Of a stretch of 63,609 nucleotides of DNA, positions 17,846-29,100 are shown one piece after another. The stretch is from a virus. Its lineage: Duplodnaviria; Caudoviricetes. Position 1 is the first letter of the stretch. Each line of letters begins with the position of its first letter. The notes under the pieces are model-generated. The model had not been told where the DNA came from. It saw only the letters and a program-made list of their open reading frames with translations, and did no database searches. Position numbers and translations under genes: made by a program. The DNA is taken from positions 1 through 63,609 of the IMG/VR virus record IMGVR_UViG_3300042892_001063; one strand, 5' to 3'.

Positions 17846-18243
17846 AAAAGTTTAAATTAATAAAAGAGTATCCGGGCGGTCCTATATTAGGAACAGAAGT
17901 TGAAAAAAGAGACGATAAAATTTATATGGCTAATAGTTATCTTATTTTTAGACATAGCGTAGAGGACTATTCTGAGTTTTGGGAGGAGGTTGAAGATACT
18001 TGCTATATGGTTTCTTTAACTGATATGCCTTTTCATAATGCTTGGGAGCCAATTAAGATACCTGATATTAGAGTAGATACAGATATTAAAAAACACTTTA
18101 GTAGTAAAGAAGGAGCAAGAGATTTTATAATACAGTATAAACCTTGTTTATGTTTTAATGATGTAAGAGGTTTTGTAGGACATAATTTTTTTGGCTCAAC
18201 ATCTCACGAAAAATTATTTGAACTTGTAAAATCAAGAATATGA
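17842..18243 (+). CDS. Hypothetical protein
   Basis: KLIKEYPG N-terminus shared with ORF 20245. Confidence 0.7.
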   Translation: MKKFKLIKEYPGGPILGTEVEKRDDKIYMANSYLIFRHSVEDYSEFWEEVEDTCYMVSLTDMPFHNAWEPIKIPDIRVDTDIKKHFSSKEGARDFIIQYKPCLCFNDVRGFVGHNFFGSTSHEKLFELVKSRI

Positions 18244-18575
18244 ACAGTACACAAATGACACATATTGGAATGATAAATTCATTCAACATACTAACAGAAA
18301 AAGTATCTGTTGAGCAAGTTATAAACGCAGGAATAGGTGTATTCGCACACTTACCTGACGAGGAAGCCGCATTTGATAGCATTAACTTTATGATATTCTA
18401 TTTCAAAGAGATTGAGATGTACGAGAAGTGCGCACAACTAAAAGAGTATATAGCTAAGACATTCAACGAAGATGGAACGTATAAGGAAGAATGTTGTAAA
18501 TGTGATATGCCTGAGATTGATGAGTACGTTCCAAAAATAAAATGCTCACTATGCAATCAGAGACTCAAACGATAG
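18240..18575 (+). CDS. Hypothetical protein with a C-terminal Zn ribbon
   Basis: CxxC...CxxC near the C-terminus; EMYEKCAQLKE. Confidence 0.7.
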   Translation: MNSTQMTHIGMINSFNILTEKVSVEQVINAGIGVFAHLPDEEAAFDSINFMIFYFKEIEMYEKCAQLKEYIAKTFNEDGTYKEECCKCDMPEIDEYVPKIKCSLCNQRLKR

Positions 18576-20032
18576 ACATACTTGAAAGGAATACAGGTTT
18601 CAATAATGAAGAGATGTGGAAGCAATGCGAGTTATTAAAGAGCGTTGTATTTCAAACTATTGAAACAAAGACAGGAAGGGGTAAAAATGTTAGAATAATA
18701 CAAAGCTTCAAACACAATACCCCTTCAGAGGTAAGAGACAGGATAGCTAATAGTTGTGAGCATTATAAGAAACTTCACGAGAAAGATATGGAAAGAAACA
18801 ATCAAATAGAGTTTAGGGATTATCAAAACGACATTATTAGAAAAGGAACAGACATACTAACTAAAAATGGATTTGTCTATCTCGCTATGGAAGTTCGTAC
18901 AGGTAAGACACTAACAAGTCTTGGGATAGCGGAAAGAATTAACAGTAGCAATGTATTGTTCTTAACAAAAAAGAAAGCAATAGGAAGTATAAAAACAGAT
19001 TACAATCTTTTAAATCCTCCATACGAACTTACCGTTACGAACTATGAAAGCATACATAAAATACCCGAATCAAAATGGGATTTAATTGTTTGTGATGAAG
19101 CTCATTCAATGGGTGCATTTGCTAAGCCAAGTAATAGAGCAGTTCAGGTTAAAGACTTAATTGCTAAATCAAAAGCGAATGTTATTCTCTTATCAGGCAC
19201 ACCTACTCCTGAGTCCTACTCTCAGATGTATCATCAAGTTTATGGAATACCTAAAAATCCTTTTAGAGAATTTAAGAATTTCTACAGATTTTGTGATAAA
19301 TTTGTAAATGTAAAAACTAAAATGATAAACGGATTGGTTATCAAAGATTATTCCGATGGTATGTATACTATAGTTCAGGAAATGGATTGCTTTACTATAA
19401 ATTATACTCAAGCAGAGGCGGGATTTGTCGCTACAACTACTGAAGAAATATTTGAGGTTGAGCTTAAAGAATCAACTTATAAGATGATTGCTAAACTAAA
19501 AAGAGAATTGGTCATTCAAGGAAAGGAAGAAGTTATTTTAGGAGATACACCTGTAAAATTGATGAGTAAGATACATCAATTATATTCAGGAACAGTAAAG
19601 TTTGAGAGTGGGAAGTCAATGGTTATTGATACCACAAAGGCTGAGTTTATTCAAGAACAATTTATGGGATGTCAAATTGGTATCTTCTATAAGTTTAAAG
19701 AAGAATTAGTAGCTTTACAGAAAATATTCGGAGATGAATTGACGACTGATTTAGATGAGTTCAATAATAGTTATAAGAATATTGCATTGCAGATTGTATC
19801 AGGTCGAGAAGGTATTAGTTTAAAGAAAGCAGACTACCTTGTGTATTACAACATAGACTTTAGCGCGACAAGCTATTGGCAAAGCAAAGACAGAATGACT
19901 ACCAAGGAGAGATTAGAGAACCAAGTGTTTTGGATATTTGCTAAAGGTGGTATCGAACAAGAGATTTATAAAGCAGTAACTAAGAAGAAGGACTACACAT
20001 TAGCCCACTTCAAAAAAGATTTTTATTTATGA
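18542..20032 (+). CDS. SF2 (SNF2-like) helicase
   Basis: RDYQ, RTGKT, DEAH, LSGTP, REGISL. Confidence 0.9.
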   Translation: MLTMQSETQTIDILERNTGFNNEEMWKQCELLKSVVFQTIETKTGRGKNVRIIQSFKHNTPSEVRDRIANSCEHYKKLHEKDMERNNQIEFRDYQNDIIRKGTDILTKNGFVYLAMEVRTGKTLTSLGIAERINSSNVLFLTKKKAIGSIKTDYNLLNPPYELTVTNYESIHKIPESKWDLIVCDEAHSMGAFAKPSNRAVQVKDLIAKSKANVILLSGTPTPESYSQMYHQVYGIPKNPFREFKNFYRFCDKFVNVKTKMINGLVIKDYSDGMYTIVQEMDCFTINYTQAEAGFVATTTEEIFEVELKESTYKMIAKLKRELVIQGKEEVILGDTPVKLMSKIHQLYSGTVKFESGKSMVIDTTKAEFIQEQFMGCQIGIFYKFKEELVALQKIFGDELTTDLDEFNNSYKNIALQIVSGREGISLKKADYLVYYNIDFSATSYWQSKDRMTTKERLENQVFWIFAKGGIEQEIYKAVTKKKDYTLAHFKKDFYL

Positions 20033-20229
20033 CACCAAAAGAAAAATATGTTGGAGCTTATTTAGATGGTTACTTTTCAGATAAAGAATTTAAACAGTAC
20101 GGAATAGAATATTTATCAGCTTTAAATATTGCTACAGAAAGAGCTGAAAAGAATTGGAAAATGTTTAAAAGAGCAAAAGTTCTTACAAAGAAAAGAACGA
20201 AAGAAATATTACAAGATAATAACTATTAA
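20029..20229 (+). CDS. Hypothetical protein
   Basis: Starts MTPKEK like ORF 17642. Confidence 0.65.
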   Translation: MTPKEKYVGAYLDGYFSDKEFKQYGIEYLSALNIATERAEKNWKMFKRAKVLTKKRTKEILQDNNY

Positions 20230-20244
20230 AAAAGATTTTTACTT

Positions 20245-20634
20245 ATGAAAGAAAATAAAAAATATAAGTTAATAAAAATATATCCGGGTTATGAAATACT
20301 CGGAGCTATTGCTTATCAATCAGGGGAGTATTATTATGTAGTAAATCCCGATAAAAGTATTAGTGAAAACTATATAAAACAGTTACCAAAAGTAATAGAA
20401 AATAATCCTGAATATTGGGAGTGGATAATTACAGAAAACAAATTACTTAATAAATATTTAGAAGCTACAAAAAAACCTTTTGCAGATATAGGTAGTATGT
20501 ATGACGTTGATATTGCAGAGAAATGTGTAGAAGTAGCAGATGAATTTGCTATTGGGTTTGCAGAGTGGATAACTCAAGCGGAATTACCTTTAGAAGAACT
20601 ATTAAAAACCTATAAAAAAGATTTTTACTTATGA
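20245..20634 (+). CDS. Hypothetical mosaic protein
   Basis: KLIKIYPG + ADEFAIGFAEW + KKDFYL modules. Confidence 0.7.
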   Translation: MKENKKYKLIKIYPGYEILGAIAYQSGEYYYVVNPDKSISENYIKQLPKVIENNPEYWEWIITENKLLNKYLEATKKPFADIGSMYDVDIAEKCVEVADEFAIGFAEWITQAELPLEELLKTYKKDFYL

Positions 20635-20816
20635 CAAAATTAATATGGGAAGATTTTACACACATAGAAAAACAAAAGCAAGAAGAAAGAGATAATTTTG
20701 CTATTGACTTTCATCAATGGATGAGAGTAAATGACACTAAGGAAAACGCTGAGAAGTATTTTCACTATACAGATAAAGATATGTTAAATGCATTTAAAGA
20801 AGAAAAAGGATTATGA
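20631..20816 (+). CDS. Hypothetical protein
   Basis: DNFAIDFHQW module. Confidence 0.65.
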   Translation: MTKLIWEDFTHIEKQKQEERDNFAIDFHQWMRVNDTKENAEKYFHYTDKDMLNAFKEEKGL

Positions 20817-21049
20817 CGCTAAATAAAAAATATTGTGCATTAATAGATAGCGATAGTGGATATGATAATCAATTATTAGCTGATTGTTGTGAGAATATAG
20901 CAGATGAATTTGCTATTGGATTTGCAGAGTGGATTGATAGTGATTTTTATCAAGGAGATGATGTTAATGAATATCATAAATCTATTATAGAATATAGAGA
21001 GGGTAAAATTTTTACAATAAAAGAACTATTAGAAATCTACAAAAAATAA
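20813..21049 (+). CDS. Hypothetical protein
   Basis: ADEFAIGFAEW...KELLEIYKK. Confidence 0.7.
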   Translation: MTLNKKYCALIDSDSGYDNQLLADCCENIADEFAIGFAEWIDSDFYQGDDVNEYHKSIIEYREGKIFTIKELLEIYKK

Positions 21050-21055
21050 AAAAAA

Positions 21056-21166
21056 ATGGATTATCCACCCGAAGAAAAAGAGTATACTTGCAAGTATTGC
21101 GGAGAGGACTCAGAGAAAGAATTTTGTAGTAAAGAATGTGCGAAAGCATACAAATCAGATAATTGA
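21056..21166 (+). CDS. Small Zn-finger protein (36 aa, not in ORF track)
   Basis: CKYCG...FCSKEC. Confidence 0.6.
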   Translation: MDYPPEEKEYTCKYCGEDSEKEFCSKECAKAYKSDN

Positions 21167-21167
21167 T

Positions 21168-21446
21168 ATGAAAAATAAAATGGCAGGGGAACACCCATCG
21201 TACGACAAATTAGGTATGTCGGAAGAAAGAAGAAAGAAGAAGTTGGCTTATGATACCAAGTATCAGAACAGCCCGAAGAGGGTTAACTACCGTGAGAAAC
21301 TAAACAAAGCTAACCGTGATGCCGGAACTTACGGTAATGGAGATGGATTGGATATGAGCCATACAAAAGTTGGCGGTATGGTAAAAGAGAATATGATGTC
21401 CAACAGAGCGAGAAATGGTCAGAACGGAAAATCAAGTAAGAAATGA
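21168..21446 (+). CDS. Small basic protein, HNH-related
   Basis: GDGLDMSH...SNRARNG; start moved to the ATG after the upstream stop. Confidence 0.55.
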   Translation: MKNKMAGEHPSYDKLGMSEERRKKKLAYDTKYQNSPKRVNYREKLNKANRDAGTYGNGDGLDMSHTKVGGMVKENMMSNRARNGQNGKSSKK

Positions 21447-21775
21447 TAAAATGTGTCTGTATAGATGCTGAGAATAAACCAAGTAAGATACCTCAGCACA
21501 AGTGGTTAGAAAAAGATAAAGAGTACACGTTGGCTTTTAGCATGACTGTGCTACCTCAAAAGCAATTGGCTTTCCAAGTTCAAGAGATTGACCTTGATGA
21601 TAGTTGTTCTCCCTTCTCGTGGTTCTTAGCGAGTCGATTTTCCTTTAAAAAAGAAGACTTAGATAAACTAATTGAGTTCATCAAGGAATGCAACCACATA
21701 ACATTCTCAGTTAATGAATTAATGAAAACAACTAAGGTAGATGAAAGAGAGTCAAATACAATCGAAAAAGATTAA
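21443..21775 (+). CDS. Hypothetical protein
   Basis: 110 aa, KCVCID N-terminus. Confidence 0.7.
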   Translation: MIKCVCIDAENKPSKIPQHKWLEKDKEYTLAFSMTVLPQKQLAFQVQEIDLDDSCSPFSWFLASRFSFKKEDLDKLIEFIKECNHITFSVNELMKTTKVDERESNTIEKD

Positions 21776-21983
21776 GGAACTTGAAGCTCAGGGATATTAT
21801 GTTTTGAAGTTGATTAAAACCAACAAGAACGGTATACCTGATTTACTTGCTATTCCTAAAGACTCAAACGTTGAGTTTTATGAAGTCAAAGGACCGACAG
21901 GTAAGTTATCGAAGCTACAAGAGTACAGGATAAAAGAATTAACCGAACACGGAGTAAAAGCCGAAGTGTTTAAACCAATCTAA
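21741..21983 (+). CDS. VRR-NUC domain nuclease
   Basis: ESQIQ, GIPDL, EVK, GKLSKLQ. Confidence 0.85.
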   Translation: MKESQIQSKKIKELEAQGYYVLKLIKTNKNGIPDLLAIPKDSNVEFYEVKGPTGKLSKLQEYRIKELTEHGVKAEVFKPI

Positions 21984-21987
21984 TTAA

Positions 21988-22500
21988 ATGGAATTATCAT
22001 ATTACGAAACAACTGAGTCAGAAATAAATTCTCTAAAAGAGATAATAAATAATATGTTTAGCGTTGATTTGTCCGAGAATACAAGAGAAAGAAAATTAGT
22101 TGATGCCCGTAAAGTGTATTCAAAGGTATTACGAGATAGAGGACATACTTACGAACTAATAGCTAAATCTTTAAATAGAGACCACGCTACAATAATACAT
22201 TATATGTCAAGTATTGACTCTATACTTTTATATGATAAAAATTTAAGAGACAAGTATTTATCTTGTAAAAGCTTATTTCTTGAAGGAAAGGGAGAGCTTA
22301 TTCTTAATAGCAGAAAGAAAGATGTTGATTTATTTATGACTATAATTAGACTAAACGGAGAGCTTCAAGATGCTATTAAAGAAAAGAAGGAAATATTGAC
22401 TAAATTTGTAGATTATTTAGAACAATTTGAAAAAACAACAGGATATATACCTAATGTTCTTGATATTAAACGGAACATTTTACCAAAGTTTAATAGCTAA
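21988..22500 (+). CDS. DnaA C-terminal-like HTH protein with coiled coil
   Basis: TRERKLVDAR...IAKSLNRDHATIIH. Confidence 0.75.
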   Translation: MELSYYETTESEINSLKEIINNMFSVDLSENTRERKLVDARKVYSKVLRDRGHTYELIAKSLNRDHATIIHYMSSIDSILLYDKNLRDKYLSCKSLFLEGKGELILNSRKKDVDLFMTIIRLNGELQDAIKEKKEILTKFVDYLEQFEKTTGYIPNVLDIKRNILPKFNS

Positions 22501-22503
22501 AAT

Positions 22504-22698
22504 ATGAAATCAATTTTAAATAGCGAAGACGAAAGAGCAGCTCGTATTGCTTATAGAGTAAATGAATACCATATATCATTAGCAAATGTATATGAGAATT
22601 TAGTTGACCGTGATTTTAAAATGGTAAGAAAAGAAACTCAGTTTCTAATTGTAGAATTAAGATTGATACTAAAATCAATAGAAGAAGATGACTTTTGA
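22504..22698 (+). CDS. Hypothetical protein
   Basis: 64 aa. Confidence 0.65.
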   Translation: MKSILNSEDERAARIAYRVNEYHISLANVYENLVDRDFKMVRKETQFLIVELRLILKSIEEDDF

Positions 22699-23101
22699 AA
22701 CAGAGCAGGACTTAAAAAGAGAACAAAAAGCTATAACTACATTCGTAAATACATTCGGAGGTTCATTCCAAAAGCTTGACCCTCAAGATATTGACTACAA
22801 AGTATTTGATAAAGAAGGTAAACTAATTGCATACGCTGAGGTAAAAGGAAGGATACGAACGCTATATGATGCCTATCCATTACCAATAGCAGCAAGGAAA
22901 GTCCTTAAACTTTCAGACAAGAGATTGGCTCCTGTAGTGATATGGTCTTGTGAAGATGGTATAATCTACGGTAGGGTTGAGAAATTAAAAGGAGAAATCA
23001 AGTGGGGTGGTCGTACCCCACGTGATAATTCCTTTAATGATTTAGAGCTTATGATATTCTATGATAAACAAAAGTCATTGAAGTATGTTAGATTTATCTA
23101 A
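22688..23101 (+). CDS. PD-(D/E)XK family nuclease
   Basis: IDY...AEVKGR. Confidence 0.6.
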   Translation: MTFETEQDLKREQKAITTFVNTFGGSFQKLDPQDIDYKVFDKEGKLIAYAEVKGRIRTLYDAYPLPIAARKVLKLSDKRLAPVVIWSCEDGIIYGRVEKLKGEIKWGGRTPRDNSFNDLELMIFYDKQKSLKYVRFI

Positions 23102-26100
23102 TCCTTATCATCTCTTTTTTTACGCTCTTTAATTTTAGCATTTGCTTTTTTCTCTCTTTCCTTAATCCTTTCATACATAGTACCTTCTCCGAAATTTCTT
23201 TCATATAATTTAGGATTAGTCTTCTTCATTTGTTCTTTACTTTCGTAACTACCTAGCAATTGCTCTTCTAAAGTTTTTTGATACACATCTTTCATCATAG
23301 ACTTTCTAATTTCTTTATAAAGAGGTACGAGACCTAAATTTCCTAATACTTCTAATGGTATTCTTCTACTTATTTCTTTTTCTCGTCTTTCTATAGCATC
23401 AGCCTCTTTTTTCTCAGGCTCAAATGCTTTCTTTAAGACAAGGTCAGTAGTTTTTATAGCAGGACCAAAAGACCCTGTCATATTTTTAAGCAAATCAAAA
23501 GCTCCTGTTTGTACTCCTTTTTTCTCAGGAGGTATAACTGAATACTGTAACGCATCTTTATACGGGTCATATTCTCCTGTTCTCAAGTCTTCAAGATATT
23601 CTTTATTAACTTCTTCCAATCCGTAATTAATAATAGTCTTACTTACGTTTCCAAAATCCCTACCAAATAACATAGAGGTAAATGTTGATGCTAATGCCTG
23701 ACCCACAGATTGAGCTGCTGATTTTTCATCTTCTTCTTCTTCGTCATCAAATATTAATCCTATAATACCTCCTCCTAATACTTTTATTAATAAACTATAT
23801 ACAGTCATACGAGTGGCAACAGCTCCTAATAAAGCAACTCCTTGTCTTCTTGTTAATGAACCATTACCCATAGCAGCATATATGCCTGTTCTTGCAGTAA
23901 CATATTCATATACCATAAATCTAGTCATAAAATTATTAAAGTTATTAAATGCTTTTATAGTAATGCTTTGGTCAGGCTTGCTTGTCCCTTTAAGTATTCC
24001 GGTAAAAGCATTGTTACTTGCTCCTGTTATTACCGACCTTTCGTCAGCAATATTTTTAGCTTCTTCAATAGCTTTTTTGTTTTCATTCATATAAGCCTCA
24101 TCATTCGCTGCAATTTTTTTAAAATCTATTTCATTTCCTGTTATTTTTTTGAAATTAAAAGCAAATGAGCCAAACCATATAGGTCTCATAATTACCTTAT
24201 CAGGAGTAGATATTAAAACATCTGCTGTTAACTCAACTGCATTAACATATTTCTTACCTGTTCTGTTCCAAATCTGTTCTATTTTATTTACAATAGGATT
24301 TTTAGACTTACCTCCTTTTATACCGCTTGCTTGACTTAATATATTGGTATCAATCATTCTTCCTGATAAAGTATCTGTTGGAAAAATTCTATTAGTCTCC
24401 TTACTATTTACATTATTCATTATAGCAGGAGCATCATCAGACATAGTTACATCATTATATTTTGTTCCTTCGGTAAATGAACTTGGGTCGCTAATAAGAA
24501 CAAATCCTACGTTTGATAGAAGTTCTGATGCAAATCTACCTGTTCCTGCAAGAACAGCTCTATATCCTTGCTTACTGATATAATCAACAACATCATCTCC
24601 AATAGATGTTTCCATATAACTATTGGTTATTAAGTTGCTAACAGACTCCTCAAATGCATTATTTATAGCATTTACTATTTGTCTTTTCTCTTTAGGTAAT
24701 TTTCCTTTACTTTCTAAATTAGAAATTGTTCTATTAATAGTCTTACGAGCAGTACGAATAGGCTCTGTTAAATGGTAATCCATCAATACAAACTTGGCTC
24801 CACGCTGAGCAGAAGCAAATACATCAAAATTTAAAGGAGATACTTTTCCTGTTCTCTCTATTAATGATTTTGCTTTTGTAGATGGCTTTAATGAATTATT
24901 ATATTGGTCAGCAAAAGACTGTCCCGATGCCATATCAGTTGGCTTATATTCGTGCAAAACATTTAAGTGTACATAATTATTTAAAGGGTTAATTTTTTGA
25001 CCTCTAATAATAGCAGCGGTATATTCAGCCTTGTCCTTTAATGATTCATTTGTATTGCGAATTACTTCAAGAGCATTTTTTTCAGCAGAATTAAATGAAT
25101 TATATAATTTTTCATTATCAATATTACCATCTGAATTAGTATAATCATCATATATTTTTTGCAATTTTTCAGCATCACGTTCTCCAAATTTAGACTTACC
25201 TGCCTCAATATGTTTTATTGTGGCTTTTAAATAGGCTGCCGCAGGATTTACTTGTTTGTTATCAGTATTAGAATCGTACTCAAGCTGAACCATATATGTC
25301 ATCATCTTAAACTTTGACATTAATGTTGCATCAGGATTAAGACCATGTGATTTCGCAACTCTTTCTTCTGCTTTCTCTAATATACCTCTTACGTTTTTTA
25401 ATTGTGAAGTAAACTTAGATTCTGCTTCAGCGGCTTTTTCTAATATTGAATTAAATATATCCTTTGTTTTAAAGTCTCCTAATACTTGGTCTATATTGAA
25501 CAAAGGATTTCTCCTTATCATCTCTAATATAGCATCTTTCTTTGTTAGCAAAGACTTTGCTTTAGCATATAATTTAGATATAGGTAACGGTTTTGATTTA
25601 TCTACAGCAGACTCTAAAACTTTAGAGTTATTGATAGCATTTATTTTCTCAACTACCAATTGAGTATAATGAGGTAAATAACCGTTATTTATATTATCAA
25701 TTACTTTTAGTAGATTTTTAATCTCTACATTTGTTAGTTCATTGATAGCGTCTCCTTTTACTAAAGCATTTAGTTCTTTTGCCTTTTCACGTTCATCTCT
25801 TGTATCAAGTTCACTAAAGTTAACTGTAGATTTTTTTACTTCTTTAATAAGTATTTCTTTTTCTACTTGAACTTCTTCTTCAGTTAATTTTGTTTTTTCT
25901 ACTTGAGGAGCAATATTACTTTTGTATTTAGTCATTAATTCCAATTCATCAGAATCTATCTCTCCTTGTTTAAGCATTTCTTTTATAGAAGCTGAATAGT
26001 CTAATTTTCCATCTTTAAATACTTTGTTTTCTGAATTATTAAACCTATCGGCTAACTCATCAGATAGCGATTGCTCATTGTTTATTTCGTCAAGTATGGC

Positions 26101-29100
26101 TTGTACATCTTTAATAGTTTTTGATTTCTCTTCAAGAGTAAGAACAGACTCTCTTTTGCCAAACATATTTACTAAATCCAAATATTTACCAAGATATGCA
26201 TCAGGTATTAATGTTGGATTAATACTAAATAATCTTTGTAATGGACCAACTAAACCATCTGCTATTCCTAATTTTGTAACAATGTTTTTCTTAGCGGTTT
26301 TTAATCTACCTTTAGCAATATCAATTTTATTAACATAGTCAGCATCGGCAAAAACTTTTGTCATATAATCAACAAAGCTAGATACAGACGCATCGTTAAG
26401 CACATTTACCTTACTAAATTTAACAAGTATATTTGTTAATTGAGTAGATGTAATTTTACCTGATTCTTTTAATTCTTTAATATCTTTAGTCAATTGTTGA
26501 CTTGCTAATTTAAAAGCTTTAACAGATTCTCTTGCACCTTTAGCAGTATCTTTAATTTGTTTTACAAGAGCAGCTTTCTCAGTCATTGTTATCTTAGCAA
26601 TATCTTTCAGCTTACCGAATAACCTATTCACAGATGGAGCTGACTTCTCCTTTAGACCAAACTCTTTACGAGTAGCTCTAACTAAAGCTTCTTTCTGAAT
26701 ATCATCTGCCTCAATATATTCTTTTGATTTTTCAAGAGTTTTTATTGCTGCATCAATTGTTTGTGCAGGTTTTTCAGCAGGAGCTACTTCAGTAGGTTTA
26801 GATTCTGTAAAAGTTACTTTTTGAGCAGGAGTTACTTCGATAGATTTCTCAGTAGGAGCTACTTCAGTAGGTTTAGCTTCCTCTCTTAAAAAAGTATTCT
26901 CTTTTAACGGATTATCTTTAATATCTTTCTCTAAAAGGTTTATATCATTCTTATACCTATCTATAGATTCTAAATCATTCTCAGCTCCTCTTTCTTCTAA
27001 GAAATCAACTAAATCTTTTTGACTTTTTAAAGCTGCTTCTCTTGGGTCTTTATTAAACTCTTCAGAATATTCGTAATTGTCTTTGTCTTTTTCTTTCTGT
27101 TCTATTTCATCATAAATCAAATCATTTACTCTTTGATTATTTTCTATATCTTGAGTTTTATTATCAAAATCTTCTAACTCTTTTTTCTTTTTATTATACT
27201 CTTCTATAGCTAAATCAGTATCTTCAGCTCTTGATATATTTTTCTTAGACTCATAAGCATCATCTTCTAATTTACTTCTTTCGTCTGAATTTTTTCTTTT
27301 TCTTGGCTGTTCATTCTCTAAAGCTGAAGGTCTATTCTCTGCATTAAATTCATCTACCTTAGCCTTTCTTCTTTCATAGTCAATTTCCCATTGTTCTTTA
27401 ACAGGTTTAGCTTCAGCAACTACTTCTTCCGGTTTCTCAGTAGGAGTTACCTCAGTAGGTTTCTCAGTTACGGTAGGTTGTACTTCAGGAGTTGTTTCTT
27501 GAGTAGGTTTTTCTTGAAGATGAAAATCAGCTAATGATTTTGCCATAGTAACTTTTACGAATGGTTCTCCATTATTTTCTCCTTTAGATGAAATTTTATC
27601 TTTAAATATTTCAGGAACTTCATTTTCGTTTTTATATTCAAATGTTACAACATTACCTTCATTTATATCTTTAAATTGTTGTTCTACACTTGGCTCTTTT
27701 ATTTCTTTCGGTTTCTCAGTAGTGATAGTTTCTTCAGGCTTCTCTAAAGCTTTTAATTTTTCATTAAAAATAGAATCTATATCATCAAGCTCATCTTTAG
27801 ATAGCTCAGAGCCTTTTCTTTCTGTGCTTGTTTCTATAAACTTCTGTTTCGCATCAGCGATTTCTTTTTCTGTGGTAGTTCCTTCAGGTTTGGCGTTTCC
27901 TTCGCCCACTCCTTGCAATCCCATTTCGGGTTGTTCTGTGCGTAGCACGCTTTCATCTGTTGTTGGCTTTTGAACGGCATCTTGTTCTGTTTTAATTGTT
28001 TCTAATTCTTTTAACGCTTTTTCTGTTCTTTCAACTAAACGTTTATCAAATTCACTTTCAGGATTTTCTTTTAAATCTTTTTTTGCTATCTCTAAAGTTT
28101 TTTCAATATATTTTCTTTTATCAGCAAAATATTCATTAGCTGATTCTTTTTCCCAACTATAGCTTTTTTCATTTTCAAGAATTTTTTTATTATAATCATC
28201 TAAACGTGATATTTCAGAATCTACCTCATCTTCTTGAATAGTAGGAGTTTCAGCGACAACCGTTTCGATAACTGCTTCGTCTTGTAATTGGTTTTCTTGA
28301 ATATCTTTGATTTGGTTTCTTAGTAGAGAAGCTTTATCCTTACCTGTTTGAGTTTTATTTCCTTCTAAATTTTGTAATTCTTTTTCTAATTCAGTAATAG
28401 CATTTAAACTTGGCTCATTAAGGTCAGGGTTAGCTTTTTTAACTTCTTGTTTAATTGTATTTGTAACTACTTTATCTTGTATTTTAAACATTCTTCCTTC
28501 GTAGTCATTGTTTATTACAATATCTGTAGCGTGTAACTCCTCAGGAGTCATTGTTTCTATTAAGTTATCAATATCACTTGCAGTTACCTTTTCTCCGTTC
28601 ACTTTATATGAAGGCTTCGCAAATCTAGCTTGAATAGTTGACCTAACACCACCCGGTAATTCAGCAAGACCTTCAAGTGCTATCTCAGATACATCCATAT
28701 CTTGACCTGTAGCCGCTCTTGCAGTAGCCTCTCCTGCTGAACCTCCTAATGCTTCAATAGCAGAACCCGCTGCTGTTGATTTTATAACAGCTTGTTTTGT
28801 TGCGGCTCCTACAGCTGATTTAGCAGCTGATTTTGATAATATTTTAGCACCAACACCTGACGCTAACTTTCCTGTAAGAGCATCTACAGTACCTATTATT
28901 ACGCCTCTTGCGATAGCTTTATTTCTAATTGATTGTAATTTTTCAGGGTCTTCAAGAATAGCTTTTACATTTTCCTTAGTAAGTTCTTTTCCTTTTAATT
29001 CATCTGTTAAAAGTTCTCCAAAAGTAGAACCTGCTTCAACAACAGTACTTGCTAAACCAAAAGCGTATGGTACTGCTGATGCCGCTCCTGATATAGCTCC

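Larger units (their letters stand above)
20012..20634 (+). repeat. Three copies of a 21-bp gene-junction repeat
   Basis: AAAAAAGATTTTTAYTTATGA at 20012-20032, 20228-20248 and 20614-20634. Confidence 0.85.

Noticed and set aside
20534-20934. DGR template/variable repeat pair
   Set aside because: Only 37 bp with one mismatch, and no reverse transcriptase is encoded
21061-21069. DnaA box-like TTATCCACC (also near 62083)
   Set aside because: Single mismatched copies inside coding sequence; expected by chance
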